Source: an uncultured Bacilli bacterium (lineage in GTDB: Bacteria > Bacillota_I > Bacilli_A > RF39 > UBA660). From it: a DNA stretch of 41,980 bases. The notes below the pieces were generated by a model. It ran no database searches and was not told the DNA's origin. It saw nothing but the letters and a program-made list of their open reading frames with translations. Positions 1 through 8,662 of this stretch are shown here, piece after piece. The stretch lies in NCBI GenBank assembly GCA_947625085.1, contig CANQMV010000003.1, forward strand, positions 1-41,980, read 5' to 3'. The position numbers and the translations under genes were made by a program. Within the stretch, counting starts at the first letter, position 1. Every line of letters begins with the position of its first letter.

Positions 1-40
1 ACACATAAAAACCTAGTCTTATTCTACTAGTTTTATGTGT
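1..40. terminator. Inverted repeat, possible intrinsic terminator
   Basis: ACACATAAAA (1-10) is the exact reverse complement of TTTTATGTGT (31-40); CTAG/CTAG (13-16, 27-30) extends the stem after a 2-nt bulge. Context is cut by the window edge. Confidence 0.35.
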
Positions 41-341
41 CTTATTTTGTCAATATTTAAAATATAGTTACCTTTTAAATTAAGTACTATACCCCCCCCA
101 TGGTTGACAAATTGTCAACTTCTTTATATCCTGAATTAGCACAAATTTTCGATAAGTTTTTCAATAGATATTGCATTATTTTTATATTACACATATCATT
201 CACCACTTTCTAGTTTTTATAAGAATAGAATATCATATCAAATTTAGAATAGCAACTTATTTCTGATAATTTATAATTTAAGGCTTAGATTAATTTTTTA
301 TTTTTTTCATGTTTTTAACCTACTTTGAATAATTTCAAATT

Positions 342-773
342 TTATTTATATAATAAATCTAAAATTTCTTTTTCATTTATTATATTATTATTATACTTTA
401 ATTCCATATTTATATTTTTTAACCCATCATCATAATAACTCATTACATATTCAATCCCATCAGTTAATAGCAATTCTTTGACTAGATTTTTAAAGCAAAC
501 TTCACAACATATATTTTCTAAAAAAAATTGTTGATGTTTTAATTTATTTTTAGAATTTTTATCAAACGAAATAATCGAAGGGAAGCTGATGAAAGATGCT
601 AAAAAATCTTGAATATTAAAAATAGATATTAATTTAGAATTGTATTTTATATCAAGTTGATAAATATTATCATAATTAGTAGTTTCAATTTTGGAAATAC
701 CTTTTAATTTTGATATTTTTTTTAAAAGTAAACCATTAATATTGTAATCAAGTATTAAAGTTAATTCTTCCAT
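342..773 (-). CDS. Putative heavy-metal-associated (HMA)-like domain protein
   Basis: Second half has FFLENICCEVCFKNLVKELLLTDGIEYV, resembling the ferredoxin-like HMA pattern (xxCxxC...l...GV); the first half looks like a Cys-less copy of the same fold. Confidence 0.5.
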   Translation of the reverse strand: MEELTLILDYNINGLLLKKISKLKGISKIETTNYDNIYQLDIKYNSKLISIFNIQDFLASFISFPSIISFDKNSKNKLKHQQFFLENICCEVCFKNLVKELLLTDGIEYVMSYYDDGLKNINMELKYNNNIINEKEILDLLYK

Positions 774-863
774 TTTGACCTCCTTTTATTTTTATCTTTC
801 TTTTCAGAATAAAATTTTAACATTTTAATCGTGTTGAAAATCAATACATATTTCTAAATTAAC

Positions 864-2192
864 TTAAAAATTATAAGTTTTAACTTCTGGCAATTCTTTT
901 TCTTTAAAATTAATTTTTTCAGATTCTATATTAGAATTTAATTTATAATCAGGAATTAATCTAGTTTTATAAGGAGGTTTTCTTTCAAGTAAAACTATAA
1001 CTTCAAACAATTTCATTGTTTTTAATTCTTCTACTTCAATTAATCTTTCGTGTTTTTCCTTTTCACCACATAATTTACTAATTTCATCCATTGTATATAA
1101 ATCATTACTTCTTAAATAAATGAGATTACTAAAGCATAATCGTATAATATTTATATCATTATATTTTTGTTTTAAATCAGTAAAACTTTTTATAGAACAT
1201 AAGAATCTTATTCCTATACTTCTTGAATAATTAAGAACTTTAGGAAATTCATAAATAGGAGATAATTCATCAAAATCATCTAATATATAATTAACCATAT
1301 CTTTAGAATCTAAATATTTTTTAACATCATATAGTTGATCCAATAAAAGTGCTACTAAAGAATTGGAAGATAAACTATCAGTTTCAACTATAAAAATAGC
1401 AAACTTGTTTTTAAAGATATCTTCAAATGTGTAATCACTTTTGGAAAGTAATTTTGATAAACCTACCCTACACACAATTGGCTTCATTTTATAATTAAAT
1501 ACTGAAATAATACTATTTTTTGTTTCAACAGGTGCATTTAAAGTTCCAGCTAATAGTATATAAATAGGGTCAGTTTTATCTAAACTATTCATTAAATCTA
1601 AACTTTTTTTATTATCATTTAAACTATTAGCCATTAAATAAATACTATTTAAATTTATTTCATCAATAGATGCATTTTTAAATAAATGTAAAACTAGTCC
1701 TTCAAAAAAATCAATAGTTGTCTTAGTCCAATACGGATCAGACTCATTATTATCAGAAAATAAATAGAAACCTATTTTATCAAGTAATTTATATACTGTA
1801 TCAAAATCATCTTTTTTATAAAATTCATAAGGCAAATATAAAGGGTTAAAACAAGTTCCTAATTTTGGTCTTTCAAAATTAAATACATAAGTTTTATATC
1901 CTTCCTCTTTAAGACTTTTAATATTTTTTTCTAACATTTCACCTTTTTTATCAATAACAACCATTGATTCATGAGATTTAATCGTTGTTCTAATAAATGG
2001 TAAAACTATACTTTGTGTTTTACCACTTCCCATAGCTGAAACTAAAAGTGTATGTCCGTCTTTACTATTTACATAAACACTTCCCTTATCATAAATTATT
2101 GGAATTCCATTTTTAAATTCCTTAGCATTTAACTTATTTTCAGTTAAAACATCTTGCATTTCCTTAGTTGTTGCCCATTTGGCAAATTTCAT
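864..2192 (-). CDS. VirD4/TraG-like coupling protein paralog, no N-terminal TM anchor, degenerate ATPase motifs
   Basis: Collinear with ORF 3016-5364: KWATTKEM vs KWCDIKDM, SAMGSGKT vs GSTGSGKT, IDKKGE vs TDPKGE, FNPL vs WNPL, DPYWTKT vs DPFWEKT, ILDDFDEL vs LLDEFANM. Begins directly at the post-TM motif. Confidence 0.85.
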   Translation of the reverse strand: MKFAKWATTKEMQDVLTENKLNAKEFKNGIPIIYDKGSVYVNSKDGHTLLVSAMGSGKTQSIVLPFIRTTIKSHESMVVIDKKGEMLEKNIKSLKEEGYKTYVFNFERPKLGTCFNPLYLPYEFYKKDDFDTVYKLLDKIGFYLFSDNNESDPYWTKTTIDFFEGLVLHLFKNASIDEINLNSIYLMANSLNDNKKSLDLMNSLDKTDPIYILLAGTLNAPVETKNSIISVFNYKMKPIVCRVGLSKLLSKSDYTFEDIFKNKFAIFIVETDSLSSNSLVALLLDQLYDVKKYLDSKDMVNYILDDFDELSPIYEFPKVLNYSRSIGIRFLCSIKSFTDLKQKYNDINIIRLCFSNLIYLRSNDLYTMDEISKLCGEKEKHERLIEVEELKTMKLFEVIVLLERKPPYKTRLIPDYKLNSNIESEKINFKEKELPEVKTYNF

Positions 2193-2248
2193 AATATCAC
2201 CTCTTGATATATAATTAAAGCAGAATTATTGATATTTTTTAAACAATA

Positions 2249-2277
2249 TTGACTTTTTAACTATTTTTTATTAAAAT
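2249..2277 (+). promoter_or_regulatory. Sigma-A-type promoter for the AraC-family gene
   Basis: TTGACT (2249-2254), 17-nt spacer, TAAAAT (2272-2277); AGGTGA RBS before ATG at 2300. Confidence 0.55.
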
Positions 2278-2299
2278 ATGACAATAAAAAGGTGATATT

Positions 2300-2764
2300 A
2301 TGTATTCTAAACCATTAATAATTAACATCTTAATTTTTTTAAATAATAATTTATATCAAAAAATTGAATTAAATTATTTAGAAGAAATGTTTCATTATAA
2401 TAAATTTTATATTATTCGTTTATTTAAAAAAGAAATTGGAATAACCATCAATGATTATCTTAACAGAATGAGAATTTATAATTCCCTAAATGATATTGTA
2501 AATCCAAATTATTCATGTCTAAAAGTTGCTCTTTTATATGGATTCACTAATCTTGAATATTATTCTGAAACTTTTTCTAAAATTATAGGAATCAGTCCTT
2601 TAAAATATAAAAAATTTTATTTAAAAATGGATAATTTAGATAATGAAATAAGAAATAAAATAATTGAAAATGTCATAAATTTATCTGATTTAAAAGACAA
2701 ATGTAATTACTATATAAAAAATATAAAACCTAAAAATACTATTAAAATCAAAAAATTATATTAA
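2300..2764 (+). CDS. AraC/XylS-family transcriptional regulator (DNA-binding domain only)
   Basis: LEEMFHYNKFYIIRLFKKEIGITINDYLNRMRI...VALLYGFTNLEYYSETFSKIIGISPLKYKK matches the double-HTH AraC signature; no N-terminal sensor domain. Confidence 0.85.
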   Translation: MYSKPLIINILIFLNNNLYQKIELNYLEEMFHYNKFYIIRLFKKEIGITINDYLNRMRIYNSLNDIVNPNYSCLKVALLYGFTNLEYYSETFSKIIGISPLKYKKFYLKMDNLDNEIRNKIIENVINLSDLKDKCNYYIKNIKPKNTIKIKKLY

Positions 2765-3015
2765 AAATATTTATTTTCTATCTTTAAACAAATTCCTTAA
2801 TATAATAAATTAAATCGCTATAATCTTTAATTATTTCATTTATCAAAATATCACCTAAAAAAGAGCCTCATTTTGAAGTTCTTTAAGATGATATACAATT
2901 TTTTATACATATATTTATTTAAAATAATATAATTTTATAAATTTTCTTTTTATTTTTAATAATTTATGAGTGCAATTTAGATTTTTTAGCAATTGTTGTT
3001 TCAAAAAAAAGAAGA

Positions 3016-5364
3016 TTATTCATCGAAGAAGTCATCGAAAAATTCATCATCACTAACTTCTTGATATTTATTATCTTCTTTTAAATCCATATTAGGTTTT
3101 ATATTTTCTTTATTAGCTTCTAAAGATTTTTCTTTAATTTTATTAATTAATTCATCAATATTTTGAGGATTAGTATCTTCCTCTAAATATTCACTATCTT
3201 TAGGTGGAACTTGAAAATCATCTTCTTTAAAAGTATCTAAAAAATCTTTAAAATCTGGTTCCTTAGGTTGATTTACATTAATCTTTTCAGTTAAAATATT
3301 AGCATCTGGAACTTGATTATCTAATTTAGGAACTTCACTTGGAATTTGCCCATTATCATTATCAGATGTTAATTGTTCATTTTCTAAATCAACTTTTTGT
3401 TTAGCTTGCTCTTCTTCCTCTGCTAATCGCTTTTCTTCAGCTTCAATTTCAGCAATCTTAGCATCCAAATTTTGTAATATTTTATCTACATCAATTTTTG
3501 ATTCATCATTTGAAGGTGGAAGATTATTATTTTCAAACAAACCTGGAAATGGTGGTGGAAAAGATGAGCCTCCAAAAGGATTTCCGCCATCAAAGCCCCC
3601 AAAGCCTGGAAATGGTGATGAATTAAGAGCATTTTCTTTCTTTTTATTTTTGACAAATTCGCGAATATCAAATGTCTTTACTTCTCTTTTTTCTCTTGGA
3701 GTAATATTAGAAAGAGATGCTAATTTAAATGGTCTTCCCCAACTCATTTTATAGTCAGGAGTTAATTTAGTTTTAAAAGGTGGCATTCTTAACCGTCTAA
3801 TTATAACTTCATTCATTTTCAATTTTTGCAAATCACTAATGGTAATTAATGGTCTAGTTTCTTCTTTTTCTTTTTCGTCTTTTCCAGTTTTAACTTTTAT
3901 TTCGCCACACATTTTACTAATTTCTTCAAGAGCTCTTAACTCAGTTGAAATTAAATAAATCATGTTACCACAGTTGCCTTTAATAGTTTCAGCATTTTGT
4001 TCTCCATAAACTTCATTTAATTGAGCAAAGTTTTGAATAATCATCGTAAATCGCATTAATCTACTTCTAGCTGCAGTTATCATGGTTGTTACATCTTTTA
4101 AAGGTGGCATATTAGCAAACTCATCTAAAAGAAAATTAGTTCTAATTGGTAATTTTCCATCATGAGCTTGAGCAACATCAATTAAAGTTTCATAAATTTG
4201 TTTAATTAAAATGGTTACTAAAGCATGGTAAGTTTTCTTTTCATCTTGAATAACAATAAAAACAGCCGTTTTTTGTTTTCCAATATCTTGAATATCAAAA
4301 TCACTATAGGATAACATTTCTGATAAATTAGCTCGAGAAGCAAAGAGTTTAATTTTTTGTTTGAAAACGGCAATTATACTCATCTTGGTTTCATTTGGAG
4401 CTAGAATAGTACTTGATGCACCAATATATGCAGCTCCATTTGGGTCTTTACTATTAAAATATTCTTTTACATAAGTACTACCACCAATTTTTTCTTCTCC
4501 AACTGTAGTCATTAAACTAATAGTATTTAAATTAATTTCTTCTTCTTTAGCATCTTCAAATAAACCGAGACAAAGTCCTGAAAAGTAATCAGCTGAAGTT
4601 TTTTCCCAAAAAGGGTCCGCATTTTTATTTGATTCATCATACAAAATATTTAAGGCTAAATCATCTAGTAATTCAATAGCTTTATCTTGATTACCATTTT
4701 TCCATAATTTATAAGGTAAACTTAACGGATTCCATGCATTACCTCGAATTGGGTCACGGAAATTTAAAATAATAATCTTATAGCCTTTAGCTCTTAACAT
4801 ATTACTTTTCTTTTCGTATAATTCTCCCTTAGGGTCGGTGATAATCATTGATTCTCCATGTTTTGATAATAATTCAATCATTGGATAAATAATAGCTGTT
4901 GTTTTACCACTTCCGGTTGAACCTATTACTAAATTATGATATTCACTATCATCAACATAAATTTTCTTACCATCATTTATTAAGGCAATTCCAGCATAAT
5001 CTGAATGAACATCAGTTGGTAAAACCAATTTTAGTTGTTTTTTCATATCTTTAATATCACACCATTTTGAATAACCATCGCTATCAGATTTTTTTTCAGT
5101 TGAAATACCAAAGCCCTTATCAAATTCAAAGAAATAACTTTTACAACTAAGTAAAAGAGCTATAAGTGCTACAAAATAAAAAACTAAAGTAGAAGCAATT
5201 AAATCTTTTCTAAAAGCTAGTAAGGGATTTAACCCTGTAAATTCCCCCGTTGAAGTTAAACTTGATAAATTAGAAATGGCAACTGCAACAATATAAAGAA
5301 GTATTAAACAAATAATTAAAAACTTTTTCATATCGTTAACATCAAAACGTATTTTTAATTTCAT
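3016..5364 (-). CDS. virD4: Type IV coupling protein VirD4/TraG with long acidic C-terminal extension
   Basis: Two N-terminal TM segments, Walker A GSTGSGKT, TDPKGE, WNPL, Walker B LLDEFAN, ARSR..IIQNFAQL..YG; about 200-aa tail ending DDEFFDDFFDE. Confidence 0.92.
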   Translation of the reverse strand: MKLKIRFDVNDMKKFLIICLILLYIVAVAISNLSSLTSTGEFTGLNPLLAFRKDLIASTLVFYFVALIALLLSCKSYFFEFDKGFGISTEKKSDSDGYSKWCDIKDMKKQLKLVLPTDVHSDYAGIALINDGKKIYVDDSEYHNLVIGSTGSGKTTAIIYPMIELLSKHGESMIITDPKGELYEKKSNMLRAKGYKIIILNFRDPIRGNAWNPLSLPYKLWKNGNQDKAIELLDDLALNILYDESNKNADPFWEKTSADYFSGLCLGLFEDAKEEEINLNTISLMTTVGEEKIGGSTYVKEYFNSKDPNGAAYIGASSTILAPNETKMSIIAVFKQKIKLFASRANLSEMLSYSDFDIQDIGKQKTAVFIVIQDEKKTYHALVTILIKQIYETLIDVAQAHDGKLPIRTNFLLDEFANMPPLKDVTTMITAARSRLMRFTMIIQNFAQLNEVYGEQNAETIKGNCGNMIYLISTELRALEEISKMCGEIKVKTGKDEKEKEETRPLITISDLQKLKMNEVIIRRLRMPPFKTKLTPDYKMSWGRPFKLASLSNITPREKREVKTFDIREFVKNKKKENALNSSPFPGFGGFDGGNPFGGSSFPPPFPGLFENNNLPPSNDESKIDVDKILQNLDAKIAEIEAEEKRLAEEEEQAKQKVDLENEQLTSDNDNGQIPSEVPKLDNQVPDANILTEKINVNQPKEPDFKDFLDTFKEDDFQVPPKDSEYLEEDTNPQNIDELINKIKEKSLEANKENIKPNMDLKEDNKYQEVSDDEFFDDFFDE

Positions 5365-5382
5365 TTTCTCACCCTTTCAAAA

Positions 5383-6093
5383 TCATGCAACTTTATTATT
5401 GGTTTTGTTTCTTTTTCGTAAATGAAATACGATTAAAACTACTATTAAGCCAATTACACATAATATTGCAATTGATATATACATAACTAAATTATACACA
5501 TATATTTTCGATTTATCAAATGTTAAATTAATTTCTTTATCAAGAGTTTCGGAATTAATATTCCAAGTATAAGTATTAGTCTTTTTATTATAACTATCAG
5601 CATTATTAGAAGTTACAACATAAGGTAATTTAATATTAATATTTAAATTTGAAATAGGATATCTTACATCCGTTTCATCTTCAACATATGGTAAAAAACC
5701 ATTAGTTTTAATCGTAACTAAATTATTATCAGTTGTTACCTTTATATCTTCAAACATTTGGTCTTTAAAAACCGTTGATGCTGCATATTCAGATAAATTA
5801 TTAAATTTTTTTGAAGCTTCAACTCCTGGTTTAGAAATACTTTCAGTTACCATTTGGTAAGAATAATTATTATTTTTTAAAACACTCATTACTTCATCAT
5901 TATCATAAAAACTTTTAACAACCGTTCTTGGAAATTCTCTATAAAAATTATTAAAATACTCAGTTGTTGCCGTTATAAAAACTTTTTCATCAGCTGATAA
6001 ATCTCTTTTAATATTTAAATTATAATTAACATCAGCACAACCACTTAAAAGAAAAGGAATAATTAAAACAAAAATTAGTTTTTTTAATTTCAT
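5383..6093 (-). CDS. Lipoprotein with C-terminal TM helix (LppM-like)
   Basis: MKLKK plus hydrophobic stretch and lipobox LLSGC; C-terminal hydrophobic helix followed by HLRKRNK. The LppM-like resemblance is from pattern recall only. Confidence 0.6.
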   Translation of the reverse strand: MKLKKLIFVLIIPFLLSGCADVNYNLNIKRDLSADEKVFITATTEYFNNFYREFPRTVVKSFYDNDEVMSVLKNNNYSYQMVTESISKPGVEASKKFNNLSEYAASTVFKDQMFEDIKVTTDNNLVTIKTNGFLPYVEDETDVRYPISNLNINIKLPYVVTSNNADSYNKKTNTYTWNINSETLDKEINLTFDKSKIYVYNLVMYISIAILCVIGLIVVLIVFHLRKRNKTNNKVA

Positions 6094-6097
6094 CTTC

Positions 6098-8641
6098 TTA
6101 CCTCCTTGAAAGAACTACAAATGATTGACTAGCATTAGCAACACTTACTATATCACTTTCAAAGTCAGCCCAATAATTATCACGTGATGAACTTTTTGAA
6201 CCAGGGTCCCATACTAATACCTTGTTTCTTTCATCCTCCGTTTTAACTCCAACTAAGGCTATATAATGTCCACTTGAAGTTTTATATCTTTTAGCATTAG
6301 GAGCAATTCTTGCAACAACAACACTATTTCCAGTTGCAAGGTCACTAAGCAATTTATTAAGACCATTTTTATCATTTTTTAAAACCGTATAAGATGATAA
6401 ATTATAAAGACTAGCAGCAGATACTGCATAACTTGACCTATCACCATTGCATCGTCCAGCACTTTTTAATTTTTGACTTATTTCAAGCGGGTCATGTCTT
6501 TGATTAGTTAATAAAGAAACTGCAATTGCTGTTGATGATACACTACAACCTCTTGCAGAAATAGTACCACCTTCACAAAAACTATTGCTGCCTTTATAAT
6601 CAGATTGATAAAAATGAAAATCTTCGTTTAATTTAATACTTCCTTCATAATCTTCTTCGGTTTCAAAGTATAAACCTTCTTTGATATTGATAATATCAAA
6701 ATCAATCGCTGAAAAATATTTATTTAAAATTTCAATATAAGTCATACCATTTTTAGCATCATTCATTGCTTCAACTTGAGGTAAAGCATACCCTGGAACA
6801 TAATTATCGTTAGAAGTATTGTTATAATGATGTAAACTTTGTACATCTTTACTTCCAGTAAAAGTTTCTGGGGTTACGCCTTTTTTTACAATAACATCAC
6901 CAAATATTTCTCCAATTATTTCATCCAAAAAAGCATTTTGTTCTTCTGTTAAAGGTCTATGAGGAGTTACGCCTGAAAAACGATTAGTTCCAGTATAAGC
7001 GGTACCATATTTATGATTTCCATAAAAATATTGACAACCATAATGAGGGTCACAAGTTACTTGTCTGCAATTGCCAGTTGGAAAATAAAATTCCCCCGTT
7101 TTTAAATCAAAACCACTTTTGGAATCATTTAACATAAACGATAAGGCAACAATAGAAAGGGCCTTAATTCCTTCACGATACTCATCTTTCATGTAACTTT
7201 GAACTTCTCCCATTATAGTCCCTTTTATATAATCAGTTAAATTAAGAAAAGTTGGATATTCTGTTCCTTCATTAGTTAAGGGATTATTATAAACTGTCAA
7301 ACCATTTAAAATTTTTATTGTATAAGGGGTAAAACAAGTTTGTAAATAAACTGCACCTGAATCTGATACAAAATTAGAACTAACTGCTTTATCCTCAAAC
7401 ATATTTCTTGCAATATCTGCAAAATTATAAATATTATTTAATAAATTTCTTTTTGAATTTTCATCATTATTAACTAAAAATTCACTGTAATATGAAGTTA
7501 AAAAATCACTCTCTAATAAATTATTATAAGTTACCCCATCTATTTCTATATCTGTTTTATAAGTATTATTTTCATCTTTTTTTATCATTAAAGAGGCAAC
7601 TACGCCAATTTTTTTAGTTGCTGAAGTATAATCAATAGTTGTTCCCTCAGAAGTTTCTGTTTCAGTAGAATTATTTTCAGAGCCTGCTGTTGGTTCTTTA
7701 TTTAAACTATCTAAAGCATTTTCTAAGTCTGCATCTGTTATTCCTGAATCAGTTGAAAACAAATCATCTATTGGTTTATTCATATAACGATATACTAAAA
7801 TTGATTGTAATAAATATTTATCTATAGTAACTCCATATTTTTCTTTATAGTCATTAATTGTTTCTTCAATCTTATCATAAAATTCTTTTTCTAACTTTTG
7901 TCTTTCCGGGTCAGACTCTGAAAAAATATATGAAGAATTTTCAGTATTATTATATACTAAGTCAACAAAAAATTGATAAATTGCTATAAAGGGGCTAAAA
8001 AAATTTACGACTAAAATAATAACAAGAATAGCACCGATAATGGGAATAATTATAGGTGAAATCAAAGAAATAATTTTAACTATTCGACTAACTTTACCAA
8101 TATTTTTGACAATATCATTAGCTTCCGTATCATTTTCTTCTGTTACTGAATCAGTAGTTTCAGAATCAGTAGTATTGTTATTGCTATCATTAGTAGTTGA
8201 AGCTAAATTACTTTCATTTAAAAACCGATTTCTAAGCGATTGATTTTGATGTCTATTTTTTAAAGCCTCCGGAACATCAGAAGTTTGGTTAGAAAGATTA
8301 GAGTTTAATGGTTGACTTCTTCTTGGAAGATTTAAATTTCTATTATTTAAAGTACCACTTCCACTACTTTTATCTATTACATTAGAAGCAACGTCAACTG
8401 CTCCACTATCATTAAGTTTTTTATTTAATTTATTTGCAATTGGAACTTTGGAAATAGCTTCTCCTACCCCTTGTTCAATTTTCTGCCCTATTTTAGTTTG
8501 AGAAATTTTATCATAAGCAATATTTCCAAGTGTTCCTCCAAAGTAAGTAGCTGCTGCTTTACCAGCAGTATGAGCCGTATTAGTACCAGCTTGCTCTAAT
8601 TTTTGTTTTTCTTCTTTTTCATCTTCATTCATACGACTCAC
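6098..8641 (-). CDS. Membrane-anchored SpoIID/LytB-like plus peptidase C39-like cell-wall hydrolase (VirB1 analogue)
   Basis: TM near aa 190-225. LTDYIKGTIMGEV..EGIKALSIVALSF and ALPQVEAMNDAKNGMTYIEILNKYF match SpoIID/LytB motifs. C-terminal YQSD...RGCSVSSTAIAVS...SGHYIALVG...VWDPG gives the Q-C-H-D C39-like catalytic set. Confidence 0.7.
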   Translation of the reverse strand: MSRMNEDEKEEKQKLEQAGTNTAHTAGKAAATYFGGTLGNIAYDKISQTKIGQKIEQGVGEAISKVPIANKLNKKLNDSGAVDVASNVIDKSSGSGTLNNRNLNLPRRSQPLNSNLSNQTSDVPEALKNRHQNQSLRNRFLNESNLASTTNDSNNNTTDSETTDSVTEENDTEANDIVKNIGKVSRIVKIISLISPIIIPIIGAILVIILVVNFFSPFIAIYQFFVDLVYNNTENSSYIFSESDPERQKLEKEFYDKIEETINDYKEKYGVTIDKYLLQSILVYRYMNKPIDDLFSTDSGITDADLENALDSLNKEPTAGSENNSTETETSEGTTIDYTSATKKIGVVASLMIKKDENNTYKTDIEIDGVTYNNLLESDFLTSYYSEFLVNNDENSKRNLLNNIYNFADIARNMFEDKAVSSNFVSDSGAVYLQTCFTPYTIKILNGLTVYNNPLTNEGTEYPTFLNLTDYIKGTIMGEVQSYMKDEYREGIKALSIVALSFMLNDSKSGFDLKTGEFYFPTGNCRQVTCDPHYGCQYFYGNHKYGTAYTGTNRFSGVTPHRPLTEEQNAFLDEIIGEIFGDVIVKKGVTPETFTGSKDVQSLHHYNNTSNDNYVPGYALPQVEAMNDAKNGMTYIEILNKYFSAIDFDIINIKEGLYFETEEDYEGSIKLNEDFHFYQSDYKGSNSFCEGGTISARGCSVSSTAIAVSLLTNQRHDPLEISQKLKSAGRCNGDRSSYAVSAASLYNLSSYTVLKNDKNGLNKLLSDLATGNSVVVARIAPNAKRYKTSSGHYIALVGVKTEDERNKVLVWDPGSKSSSRDNYWADFESDIVSVANASQSFVVLSRR

Positions 8642-8662
8642 CTCTTAACTACTTTAATTTTT

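Noticed and set aside
2190-2302. Perfect 13-bp inverted repeat (CATAATATCACCT / AGGTGATATTATG) flanking a promoter-containing 87-bp segment, suggesting an invertible switch
   Set aside because: Both arms are simply the RBS plus start codon of divergent genes; fmt has the same GTGATATTATG context, and no invertase is in view.
3486-3671. 61-aa ORF in the track
   Set aside because: Alternate frame inside virD4; no independent evidence.
8040-8243. 67-aa plus-strand ORF
   Set aside because: Antisense shadow of the hydrolase gene.
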